DNA from: Eledone cirrhosa
Lineage: Eukaryota
Direction: 5' to 3'
NCBI GenBank assembly: GCA_964016885.1
Contig: OZ024742.1
Location: 217,062,001-217,126,000, forward strand
DNA: 64,000 nt
Shown here: piece after piece, positions 1 to 14,552 of the stretch
Layout of the letters: each line of letters starts with the position of its first letter
Numbering within the stretch: position 1 is the stretch's first letter
The notes under the pieces: model-generated
The model's input: only the letters and a program-made list of their open reading frames with translations
Databases searched by the model: none
Told to the model about the DNA's origin: nothing
Program-made: the position numbers and the translations under genes

Positions 1-19
1 CAATTATTCCTATCTTGTA

Positions 20-278
20 AAACTCGGGTTACATCGTCTTCTGATGTTCGTGACTACTTGAACCTGTTCCTCTTGGTCTCAAGTCTAGACATTTGTTCAT
101 ACCCCATGTACTGCTTATGTCCATGTTTCCGATGTCTTGTACTTTTCTTTGTTCTTTTATCTATTGTCTCGATTTTAGTTTTTCTCTCGATTTTATTGAT
201 GTGTCACATTCAACTTTCCATATTTCTTTTAGTTGTTCTAAGCTTTCGTTCCATGTCTCTGCTGCATACGTCATTGTT
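20..278 (-). pseudogene. Degraded RTE-type LINE 3' coding fragment
   Basis: Minus strand reads TMTYAAETW..., KLRTTKRNME..., IKEQRKVQDI, resembling the RTE post-RT region; frameshifted. Confidence 0.55.
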
Positions 279-468
279 TCTATAATAAAAACTTACTTAT
301 TCTCTTGGCGAAGAAATTAAAAGAATGAACAAAAAAATATACGCTTAATGTCAGGTGTTTACAGCAAATATATTTTAATATTCACATGTAATCGACTGAT
401 GTAGCGATGATATGAAATTACACACACACACATACATTCATACATATATATATATATATATATATATA

Positions 469-595
469 GGAACAAGTAAGACCCCGACGGCTTGAGCTCA
501 GCCGTCGGGGTCTATTACCCACTCTACTACCCTAAGTATTGAGTACTTTGGTGCGTTATGGTCCACCTGGTTCCTTACCACATTTCCTTCCTTCG

Positions 596-597
<2 letters not shown>
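469..597 (+). mobile_element. PLE-like 3' end piece between (TA)n tracts with a fold-back 5' end
   Basis: Same sequence as the reverse complement of 49448-49570 and part of 52106-52165; contains the HHR-like stem III ACGGCT-TGAGCTC-AGCCGT-C. Confidence 0.65.
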
Positions 598-622
<25 letters not shown>

Positions 623-627
<5 letters not shown>

Positions 628-792
628 ATACTTGGGGAGGGTCATATTGTTGTAATATTGCTAGAAATAATAACAGAACACACTCACTGTTTAGTTGGTT
701 TTCGCTTCTGTATTTTTTATATCTCCATAGTTAATTTATTTGGCAATCAGTGTTTATCATTGATTGACCAGCGGTTAAAAATACAGATATAA
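623..792 (-). mobile_element. 3' terminal fragment of the Naiad-like PLE family
   Basis: Matches the 3' UTR end of the PLE at 27475-29009 (ACAGTGAGTGTGTTCTGTTATT...ATGACCCTCCCCAAGTATAACAA) and abuts (TA)n. Confidence 0.8.
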
Positions 793-845
<53 letters not shown>

Positions 846-1025
846 AAAAAAGGAAAAGAATGACTTCACTTGTAGTTGGTATTCTAAACAATTTTATTTT
901 ATAATTTTACAATTTTATCATTTTGTTATGTAGATCTAATAAATCATTTGTTAACTTGAAAAGTTTTTCTTTAAAATCCTGGTTAACTTTCTTGAGAACT
1001 TTCTCGCATTCGTAGATGGCGATTG

Positions 1026-1057
<32 letters not shown>

Positions 1058-1153
1058 GCGGCGAGTTTAGTGGGTAAAAATCATGGGTAAAATGGCGATG
1101 GAGCTAATATGGGTCAACATAAACATTTAATCTGAAACACGCCGTGCTAGTGT

Positions 1154-1201
<48 letters not shown>

Positions 1202-1211
1202 GAGAGAGAGA

Positions 1212-1282
<71 letters not shown>

Positions 1283-1831
1283 TTTCAGACATAGTAAAGA
1301 CTATTGGCCCATTAGGATCATGGGTAAACGTAGGATTGCCCCTGGAAAGTTCTTCTCGAAGGTGCAAGCCAGGGCAAAGTGTTTTGTGGGTGATCAGCAG
1401 TCGTCCATGCATATAAGTTTCACCTGATCACGGCTCCGATGTTACCCAAGGGAGAAACAAATACCAAAAGGGCGATATTGGCACTACTATCGTCGTAAGT
1501 ATATTCAGAATACGAAGGGATGAAAGACATACTGCAAAGAATCACGTCCGACGTTCTGACAATTCCGCTAATCATCCAGCAGATGTTGGTACTTTATTTA
1601 TCAATCCCGAAAGGATGAAAGGCAAATGGTGATGATGAATAAGGAATAAGGTTGAACTCCCTCCCCCTGTAATAAAACTAAAATTAAAAATTATATAAAA
1701 TAAAAAAAGGAAATGTGTGTGTGTGTGTGTGCGTGTGTGTGTTTGTGTGTATGTGTATATGTGTGTGTGCGTGTGTGAGTGTGTGGGAATGTTTATGTGT
1801 GTCTGTGTGTAAACATGTATAATTTACACAG

Positions 1832-1924
1832 TTCTTCGTAGATAAACAGCTTCACTCTAGTTTCGGTACTTCAGAAACTGTCTACAACCCACAGAGAGAA
1901 TACGTAACTAAAAGCTTTATAGAA
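1832..1924 (+). CDS. Candidate internal exon of an unidentified host gene
   Basis: ttacacag acceptor, 93-nt open frame FFVDKQLHSSFGTSETVYNPQREYVTKSFIE, then gtttga; no homology recognised. Confidence 0.25.
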
Positions 1925-1992
1925 GTTTGAATATGGCAGTAACAACGTAATGGATGTGTCAATTTGCATATTATTAGTAGATAATAGGATGC

Positions 1993-2165
1993 GCGGTGGA
2001 TTGACAGTATCGGTATAGGGTCGGACGCCATGCTTTGTAGCATAGAGTTACGGTCCTTTACGGTCTGATTTCAAATCCCGCCGATGTTAACTTTGCCTTT
2101 CATGCTACGATAAAATAAAGCACTTGGGTAATTTCTGGCTTTGTGCCAAAAGTAGAAACAATTAT
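1993..2165 (+). mobile_element. tRNA-derived SINE (octopus OK/OR-like)
   Basis: A-box-like GGTGGATTGACAGTATCGG, B-box TTCAAATCCCGCC, tail AGTAGAAACAATTATT; about 14 copies in the window. Confidence 0.85.
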
Positions 2166-2320
2166 TTATTTATACTTTATTTCTACTGTTAGTATTAATA
2201 CATTTTCCCCTGCAAGCGGACATGTAACCATATATAACCATATTTCCCCTGTTCCCAATGACTTACCAAATGAAACAAAACACCTTGTGTTAGACGCGCT
2301 ATTTAAATAAAACCATCAAA

Positions 2321-2885
2321 GGGTGTTGTTGTTATTCCATTCATTTTTTCAGAAAAAATGAATGGAATAACAACACCCAAAGAAACAATACTAACCTAAG
2401 AGAAGTATAAATAAATAAAAAAATAAATAAATAAATACATACACAAGCACAATAACAACAGACACATATAAACGCACACTAGTAAACTAAGATAGAATAC
2501 AATAACCAATACACAGTCACCTAAACACAATACACACACGCAAACGCATGCGCCGAGAAGAAGGCAAAAATAAGTAAATAAATAAACAGACTAAATAAAG
2601 ATGGCGTAGGCATACAATACAACAGGAGGAAACATAATAGCACCACTGACGATGTTGCAGATGTGAAACGAAAGAACTTTGTTAGACTATATATATATAT
2701 TTGTATCTATATTATATCTGTATTTTTTACCGTTGGTCAGTCAATGGTAACATTGAGGACCGAATAAATTAAATTAACCGATATAAAAGACACAGAAGCG
2801 AAAACCAACCAAACAGTGAGTGTGTTCTGTTATTAATTCTGGGAATATTATTACACAAATATGACCCTCCCCAAGTAAAACAATA
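2321..2885 (+). mobile_element. Naiad-like PLE 3' UTR/pLTR copy with HHR motif (2641-2685) and a 5' fold-back
   Basis: Colinear with 28420-29009; CTGACGA-T-GTTGCA-GATG-TGAAAC-GAAA. Confidence 0.8.
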
Positions 2886-2924
2886 TTTGTTTCGACACAC
2901 GATTTCATATCAGAAACCTCGCAA

Positions 2925-4790
<1,866 letters not shown>

Positions 4791-4968
4791 TCTATTTATT
4801 TATTTCATTGCTTGTAGTTGTCACTGTTGTTGTCACTGTTGTTGTCACTGTTGTCTTTGTCGGTGACGTGTAGTTGTAGTTGTTGTTGTTGTTGTTGTTG
4901 TTCTTGCATTTATTTTTGCTGTTGTTGTTATTGTCGACGTTGTTATCACCATTGTTGCCATTGCTGTT

Positions 4969-4999
<31 letters not shown>

Positions 5000-5012
5000 T
5001 TGTTGTTAATAG

Positions 5013-5053
5013 GATACTTTGCCAAAGAGATTGTCCGAAGTAAATGGTATGAT
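5013..5053 (+). CDS. Candidate small exon
   Basis: ttaatag acceptor and gtaagg donor; 41 nt; reads DTLPKRLSEVNGM if joined in phase to 1832-1924. Confidence 0.2.
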
Positions 5054-5282
5054 GTAAGGGGAAAAAAATATGGAGCATGAGGAGAAGGGGGGGGGATGAA
5101 TACATCTTGTTTACTCATAGTTTCACATCCACCGCCTTCACCTTCACTTTCTCCTCATCCATCACTACTACAATCGCTATACTTGAACTACCATACCACA
5201 GCCACCAACCTTACTATCACCACTACCACTTTTACAACAACAGCAACAACAGCAACGACAAACGCGCCTCCACCATCATCAC

Positions 5283-5354
5283 CTCAAAATGGCCGATTTC
5301 TTTGCCAACGAAGAAGAAATCTTCAAAAGAACTTGCCTGAATTGCTAACAGAGA
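5283..5354 (-). CDS. Candidate 72-nt exon
   Basis: Long polypyrimidine tract plus CAG acceptor, open frame SLLAIQASSFEDFFFVGKEIGHFE, GAG|GTGATG donor. Confidence 0.35.
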
Positions 5355-5389
5355 CTGAGAGGAGAAAAAAGAAAGAGAAAAAAAAAAGA

Positions 5390-5541
5390 ATATATATGTA
5401 TATGTGTGTATGTGTGTATAATATATAATATATATATATATAATATGAATGTGTATATGTATATATATATATATTACATATATTATATATATTATATATA
5501 TTATATATATTATATATATTATATATATATTATTCATATTA

Positions 5542-5616
<75 letters not shown>

Positions 5617-5751
5617 ATATTATATATATATATATTATATATATATATATATTATATATATATATATATTATATATATATATATATATTATATATATATA
5701 TATGTATATATTATATATTATATATATTATATATATATTATTCATATTATA

Positions 5752-5783
<32 letters not shown>

Positions 5784-5789
5784 TTATGC

Positions 5790-5839
<50 letters not shown>

Positions 5840-6769
5840 GCCCATATATATATATATATATATATTTATGCCCATATATATATATATATATATATGCATA
5901 AATGTGTGCGTTTGGAAGAGCTTGTGTGTGTGTGTTTGGAAGAGCAATAAATAGGTCCAGCAATATGGAATGGAAGCTGTGTTAAGAGCAGATGGAAGCC
6001 AAAAGATACAGCGAAATTATTTCGCAAAATAAAGAAAATATGACGTACATATATTTTCTGTAGGAAACAGGACTCATTTTGTTTTTCAATCAATTTCCCA
6101 ACCTCACAATATCCATATTTTGAGTGAACATATGTCTGTATGTCTGCGAATGTGTGTGCGTTGGTGTATATATGTGTGTGTATAAATGTATGTGTGTGCG
6201 TATGTATATATGTGTGTATGTGTGCGTATGTGTGCGTGTGTATGTGTGTGTGTATGAATGTATGTGTGTGTGCGTATGTATGTGTGTGTGTGTGTGCGTG
6301 TGTCTGTGTGTGTGCGTTTATGAATGTATGTGTGTGCGCGTATGCATGTGTGTGTGTGTGTATATGCGTGTGTATGTGTGCGTGTGTATAAATGTATGTG
6401 TGTGCGTATGTATTTGTGTGTATATGTATGCGTGTGTATGTGTGTGTGTGTGTGTGTGTGTGCGTCTCTGTGTGTGTATGAATGTATGTGTATGTGTGCG
6501 CGTATGTATGTGTGCGTATGTGTATGCGCGTGCATGTGTGCGTGTGTCTGTGTGTGCATGTATGAATGTATGTGTGTGTGTGCGTTTGTATGTGTGTACG
6601 TATGTGGCGTGCGTCTGTGTGTATGTTTATGAATGTATGCGTGAGTGCGTATGTATGTGTGTGTGTGTGTATGTGTGCTTGTATCTGTGTGTGTGTATGA
6701 ATGTATGTGTGTCTGTGCGTATGCATGCGTGTGTATGTGTGTGCGTGTGTATGTGTGCGTGTCTGTGTC

Positions 6770-6800
<31 letters not shown>

Positions 6801-7230
6801 ATGTATACGTGTTGTGTCTGTGTGTGTGTGAATATGTATGCATATAACACAATAGCAAAACCCCACAACCATCACCACCACTTGTCTGTACATATATTTA
6901 TATGTGTAGCTATGTATGAATATATATATGAACGCCAGTGAACATATCATCAAATAGATCCATACACATATGTCCATATGTTTATATGGACATATTTCAC
7001 TTATATATGTATATCCTCATCATCGTATTTCGCCTCCACATCATTTAACGTCCACTTTTACGCTGGCATGTATGTATGTATATATGTATATATGTATATA
7101 TGTATATATGTATGTATGTATGTATATATGTATGTATATATGTATATATGTATATATGTATGTATGTATATATGTATATATGTATGTATGTATGTATGTA
7201 TATATGTATATATGTATATATGTATATATG

Positions 7231-7261
<31 letters not shown>

Positions 7262-7307
7262 ATTCTTCTGGCTTTATAATTCACAAAGTTTTACCAATGT
7301 ATGTATG

Positions 7308-7378
<71 letters not shown>

Positions 7379-7477
7379 GTGTGTGTGTGTGTGAGAGAGA
7401 GAGAGAGTCTGTGTGAGTGTGTGTGTAATATATATATATATATATTTATATATATAAATATACATATATACATATAC

Positions 7478-7526
<49 letters not shown>

Positions 7527-7577
7527 GTATATAATCATTATTGTCATTTTCCTGTCTTATTTACGTTATAATTAATA

Positions 7578-7646
<69 letters not shown>

Positions 7647-7774
7647 AGCAGCATCAGTAGTAGTAGTAGTTGTTGTTGTTGTTGTTTTACTTGTTTTTGT
7701 TGTTGTTTTAGTTATTTTAGTTGTTGTTTTGGTTGTTGCTGTTGTTGCTCTTGCTGTTGTTCATCGTCATATAA

Positions 7775-7858
<84 letters not shown>

Positions 7859-7860
7859 TA
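5390..7860. repeat. Compound microsatellite block: (TA)n, degenerate (TG)n, (TATG)n, (TAG)n, (GTT)n, (CT)n, (CA)n
   Basis: Directly visible. Confidence 0.95.
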
Positions 7861-8164
7861 CACGTACGCACTTTTTTCTTTCTTTCTCTGCATTTTCCAC
7901 CATTTCCATAATGGCTGGTCTACCATCGGCTGTTGCCATTCCTCCCTCCAAAGCAAGGTCAACAGTTTTATTAAATCTAATATTGCTCGATCATTAAATG
8001 TTGAAATGAGTATCTTTTGCATGACTCAATAGGATGAGCTACTATATCTTGAATTTTGTGATTCTAATGAGAGGTCACTCGTATATTGGACTCTCCTCGA
8101 AACATGTCCAGTTTTTCTTCTGAACATAAAATACCATAGATTGGGAAAGTATGCTCTTTTGCAA

Positions 8165-8350
8165 GGGATTGGCAGTATCAGTAGAAGGACGGACGCCATG
8201 CTTTCCAGCATAGTTACGTCCCTTTACGGTCTGAGTTCAAATCCCGCCATGGTGAACTTTGCCTTTCATCCTTACGGGGTCGATAAAATAAAGTACCAGT
8301 AATGTACTAGGTAATTTGCTGGCCTTGTGCCTAAAAGTAGAAACAATTAT
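8165..8350 (+). mobile_element. tRNA-derived SINE
   Basis: Full consensus including GAGTTCAAATCCCGCC and CCTTACGGGGTCGATAAAATAAAGTACC. Confidence 0.9.
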
Positions 8351-8736
8351 TTATTCTTTGTGGAAAACAAACTCCACAATTGCAAACTGAAAAATATATG
8401 TACAACATCATCACCATCATATTCATCATTATCATCATCGTTATCATCATCATCATCATCATCATCATCACTATATTCATCATCATCATCATCAACATAT
8501 TCATCATCATCATCATCATCGTATTCATGTGGTGTCTTTTGACAGATGTCTCAGACAAAATTCACCTAAAGTGTGATTTGATAGAACTTGGCTGCTATTT
8601 GCTGGTCAAACGATTGATGTGAGCCCCATCGTAGGTTCGTAACTTGTTGGAAATGGGCTTTATGAAAGTATAAATATATTTAGTAACTAAGCATTCTAGT
8701 CAGGGCAACATTCTCGCTGAAAAGATTTAATAAAAT

Positions 8737-8925
8737 CGTTGCTTTCAACACATTGACATAAAGACACTATAAAAAGGATCCCAAATGTTCAGTTCAACAC
8801 ATACTATAGGAGTTATTTCCTTCGTTCACTTCTTAAGATTTAAACACCTCTAAAGGGAGAATCGATCTTGAAAACTGAATCAATTGTAAAGTTTTGCCAC
8901 TCACAATATTTAAATATTTAGAATG
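8737..8925 (+). repeat. Dispersed repeat, near-identical reverse complement at 10433-10613
   Basis: About 190-bp match; the second copy ends in (TA)n like PLE tails. Confidence 0.8.
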
Positions 8926-9177
8926 CGAGACACTGCTCATGTATCTATTTGTATGTATGTATATATATATATATATATATACATACATACAAATCATCGT
9001 TATCATCATCATCATCATCATCATCACCATATTCATCATCATCATCATCAACATATCATCATATGATTCCAGTTCCTCAGTGAATTAACAACCCAATCAG
9101 GAACTGGGCATATCAGAGTATTGACAAAATCATACACCTCAACAACATATGTACTTGTCTATACCACACTAATTCAA

Positions 9178-9232
9178 ACTGCCTGAAGAGGTCACAGCCA
9201 AAGATGGCTGTCACTGAAATATATATAGCAGT
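9178..9232 (+). ncRNA. Type I minimal hammerhead ribozyme
   Basis: ACTGC-CTGAAGA-GGTCACAGCCA-AAGA-TGGCTGTCACT-GAAA-TATATA-TA-GCAGT: intact core, stems I and II pair, palindromic stem III; lies in a ~320-bp piece ending at (TA)n. Confidence 0.85.
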
Positions 9233-9374
9233 AATAAACGAAGCTAAATTTTAAACATTTGACTTTTTATTTAACTTTATTTTACATTACTCCGGAGTAA
9301 CCAAACCAACCTACGCACTTCGTCGAGTGCTCCAGCCTGCATACTGAAGTGTTGGTATACAACCAACATATACT

Positions 9375-9410
<36 letters not shown>

Positions 9411-9564
9411 TTCAAGAGTAATCAATCTTAAAGAGAGAGATGGAGATAGGAGAGGAGAGATTGGTGAATTAGTTAGAAGACAAAGCGTAAAGGCATGTGC
9501 TCAATGTGCAAGATGCAGTAGAAAGCAACTAGGTGAAATTTGTGGTCTTGTTTTGCTTAACTAA

Positions 9565-9683
<119 letters not shown>

Positions 9684-9690
9684 GTATATA

Positions 9691-9769
<79 letters not shown>

Positions 9770-9782
9770 GTATGTATATATA

Positions 9783-10398
<616 letters not shown>

Positions 10399-10685
10399 TA
10401 TGTGGAAAAGAATGAAACGAAGTTTTATTTCTCATTCTAAATATTGTGAGTGGCAAAACTTTACAATTGATTCAGTTTTCAAGATCGATTCTCCCTTTAG
10501 AGGTGTTTAAATCTTAAGAAGTGAACGAAGGAAATAACTCCTATAGTCTGTGTTGAACTGAACATTTGGGATCCTTTTTATAGTGTCTTTATGTCAATGT
10601 GTTGAAAGCAACGATATATATGTATATATATATATACATATATATATATATGTATATATATGTATATATGTATATATATATATAT

Positions 10686-10722
<37 letters not shown>

Positions 10723-10725
<3 letters not shown>

Positions 10726-11019
10726 AGGAGGTTATAGTTCACTTGAAGCATTGTGTAATGAGGTATAAATGTTTGTATATGTATAATAAAGCCAAAACAA
10801 TGCAGGTATGGACATAGAATAAAGAATGCAAATGCAAAAGATATTGTTGACAATTAGTCTTTTACTTTAGATTTATTTAAATGTCCTTAATTTTCGAGAT
10901 AATATCTCTTCTTCGGAGGGAAGTAAAGCGGTTAAACTAGTGTTCTAAATAGCTTGCCAAGTCATGCTGACAGGAAATGGTATAGAGTATCTGTTCTATC
11001 TCTAATATCAAAGAGTTAA
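10723..11019 (-). mobile_element. 3' pLTR of the PLE family at 59.5-61.6 kb, with HHR motif at 10885-10919
   Basis: Close match to 59532-59830; minus strand CCT-CCGAAGA-A-GAGAT-ATT-ATCTC-GAAAATTA-AGG. Confidence 0.8.
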
Positions 11020-13694
11020 GAATTATCAATTTAACTAGTGCAGAACCGACTCCCAACCTTATCAACTTACTCTCCAAAGGTCTTAAATTCACACCTACCC
11101 CCTACGTCCAAACTACTATGAAATGAAGGAAGACATCACAGAATTCTGTTGAAAGTTACGACTCAGTGAAGAACTATCCGACCAGTACAATGAGGATGAA
11201 TCATTAGCCAGAAATAGAAGTAACTACACCCCATCAAAAGGTAGAAATAAAATCCTGAACGAATTCTGTGAACACATCACAAACTTCCCTTACCAACACT
11301 TGCACAGACAAAAACACAAGCCAAACCTCAACAAGAAAGAATGGGAAGAATTAAATAGATTAATAACCAACAGAACTATTACAATTAAAGAGGCTGATAA
11401 AGAGAGTGCAGTAGTTCTAATGGAGACAGAATTCTATATCAACTTAGCGCTCTCCACTTTGGAAAATGAAACATACTACGAAAAGGCTGAACACTACATT
11501 CAACAGAAAATTATGAGAAAATTAAAAACTCTGATCAACCCATACAAAGAAGGACTCACTAACAATGAATTCAGCTTCATCACAGACTTCACAAGTAAAT
11601 CCAGCATTTTCTACGGTATCCCTAAAGTACATAAAAGCGAATTAATAAGTAAGGCAGACTTAGTCATCAATGTCCCCCTCACCTAATGATCTCAAATTAA
11701 AACCTATAATAGCAGGCCCCGCTTGCGAAACCCACCGCCTTAGCAACTTCATTGATACCCTTCTCAAGCCTTTTCTCAAACACATTAAAAGCTACATAAG
11801 GGACGACCTAGATATGCTCAACCACCTCCCTAATATACCCTTTACTGAACAAACCCTGCTAGTGACGTTCGATGTAGTCAACCTATACTCCAACATCCCC
11901 CACAACCTAGGAATAGAAGCTATCAAAAAAGAATTCGTGATAGAAGGACTCAAATTTATCTTGAAGTATAATTACTTCGTTTTCAATAACAAATTCTACA
12001 GGCAGAAATCTGGGATCGCTATGGTAACGAAAACGGCCCCCACTTATGCCAACCTAGTCATGGGATACCTGGAAATCACCCTCTACACTAAAGTACTAAA
12101 CAAATTTGGAAACACTCTCCACTTACACATAGAAAAGAACTGGAAGTGATATCTAGATGACTGCTTCATCCTTTGGCACGAAAACGAGAAACTTAAAGAA
12201 TTTCACACCCTTATAAATGGGCTCAACACGAATATTAATTTTACAATGGAATACAGCCATCAACAACTCCCCTTCCTCGACATCCTCATTAAGATTCATA
12301 ACAAAAAAATAGAAACAGACATATACTACAAGCCCACAGACTCCAAGCAATATCTTCCTTTCAATTCATGCCCCCCTAGACACGTTAAAATTAATATTCC
12401 CTACAACTTAGCCAAGAGAATCTGTACTATAGTTTCCAATAAAAACACCTGTTACTTACGTCTACAAGAACTAAATGACACACTTATAAGCAGGGACAAC
12501 CCTGCATCACTAATTGACAATGGAATCCAACGTGCCCTAAAACTCAGTACCCAGGACCTTAGACACCCTAAAGTTAATCAACCGAAACTAAAAGCTCTTC
12601 CATACATCTCCACACACAACCCCCCTCAACAATGAGGCCATTGACACCATCCTCCAAAACATCCCTGTATTAAAAAAGGACCATAGAATGAACCAAATAC
12701 TTAGAACACACGATATCATAAAGATCAAAAGACAATCTAAGTCAATGAAAAACATCCTAACACATGCCAAAGTACTGCCAGCCACAACAACGAAACCCAC
12801 AGTAAAAAAAATGCGATAGACCCAACTGTGGTATATGCATCAACCTAATAGAGGGTTCGGAATTATATTTCAAACAAGGACAACGTTTTATAGTAGAATA
12901 TAATTTCACATGCGCATCAGAAAACCTAATATATGTATTAACTTGCTCAGGTTTTCGAGAACAATACATGGGCCAAACTAAAAACAGCCTCCGCCAACGC
13001 ATGACTGTCCGTAGATCCCAAATCAAAATACGGGAATACAGAAAAATAGCACTGAGTGAACACATTGATACCTGTGCCGCCCAAAATCATCCCAACTTTA
13101 GAATCTTTCCCCTCTACAAATTTAAAGATAATGCCACCCACACCCAGCACATCATCAAGGAATCTCACTTTATTAACAAATACGGAGCCCGTCTAAACAC
13201 TTCTTCCTAAGACGGACCCACAACATACATATCTACATCAGCATACATCCTACATACATTTCTATCCACATATAAACACAATGACATACGTAAACACACA
13301 TGTTCTATGGTGCAACACAAATATACACAAATTCGCATACCTTTTGATGTTTATAGATATACACGTGCCAACACGCACACATACACATACGCACACATGT
13401 ATTGCACATTGATGGTGCATACATATTTGTACACAAGTATCCCATACGACAGGGTCTAATGGATTCCCCTTGCAGTACGTACAATCTGGACTCATACACG
13501 CCTTGTTGTTATAACAATACTATACATCATTTCACCTCTTTTATTGTTGACGTTCTTTTGAGAGAATCGTTTTTGCAAATGACTGAAAATATCGAATAAT
13601 GTACGCCATTTTTACCAGTACCACAAAAATACTGGTCCATCCACACACACACAGCGCGCGTGCGCGTGCGTGCACACGCGAACACTAACATACA

Positions 13695-13739
<45 letters not shown>

Positions 13740-14395
13740 CTCTGTATAAGACAAGAGCTGAAAAATATGTTTCAACATTTTAAATAACCCCCACTCCACT
13801 CACACACACACACACACGTACACACACATTCCTACTGACCGATTCATTTCCATTATCACAACAATGAACCACTTTGCTACCCCCTCCCCCCACACACACA
13901 TATTTGTCTTAATAGACACCTTAACTGTTGACCTATCAACATGACTGCAACTCAATCAAGCGGAAAAGGACACTCTTCCACAAACTTACATTTGGTGCGA
14001 AACCAGTTTGCGCTAAAATCAATTTAAACATTCACGTGACTTCTACCGACCAATCAAAATTATTTTGACTACAAGAATTTTTGCAACACGAATTGGCGCG
14101 AAATTTATAGTGCTTATTCACGTGACATTCAACAACCAACCAAATCTTAATACCTCCCAAGCCACTTTTTTCACATAAAACAGGAAGAATTTCCAAAACT
14201 GATCAGATTAGACCAAAAATCACGGGCACTCTATCTCAAAATTATTTTTGAAAAGCATAAGAAATGCGCAACCGGTAAAAACTTAAAACTAAAACTGAAT
14301 ACTAACTAATACTTATTACTAATTTATACTTATTCCTAATTAAACTATTTTTCCCTGGGAAAAATTTGTCAGCATTTTCTTTTCCTTTTTACTAA
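11020..14395 (+). mobile_element. Penelope-like element (Neptune-like), RT plus GIY-YIG pseudogene 11020-13210 and a long 3' UTR
   Basis: NLT...LLSKGLKFTPTP, FYGIPKVHK, FDVVNLYSNIPH, QKSGIAM, YLDD, Cys-rich linker, NLIYVLTC...YMGQTKNSLRQR; several stops and frameshifts; degenerate HHR near 14245-14280. Confidence 0.9.
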
Positions 14396-14409
14396 TATAT
14401 ATATATCTA

Positions 14410-14548
14410 TCTATCTAAGGCGGGTAAAATTCCCGAGATCCATGGACGAATTCTCTCCAGCGGTCTCTGTCCCTCATTATCGCTGCCATGTCCTGCATCT
14501 CCAACAGACCAGTGTCTGTCCTTAGGGCATCAACATACGTTAACCTTA
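14410..14548 (-). mobile_element. RTE LINE extreme 3' fragment
   Basis: LTYVDALRTDTGL...MRDRDRWREFV followed by a (TAGA)n tail. Confidence 0.65.
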
Positions 14549-14552
14549 TATA

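Noticed and set aside
5406-7534. Many IY-, CV- and HT-rich ORFs here and throughout the window
   Set aside because: Translations of dinucleotide and tetranucleotide microsatellites
11150-12150. In-frame TGA codons in the 11-13 kb PLE as selenocysteine
   Set aside because: They sit at Arg positions (FC*KLRL, WK*YLDD), consistent with CGA to TGA CpG decay
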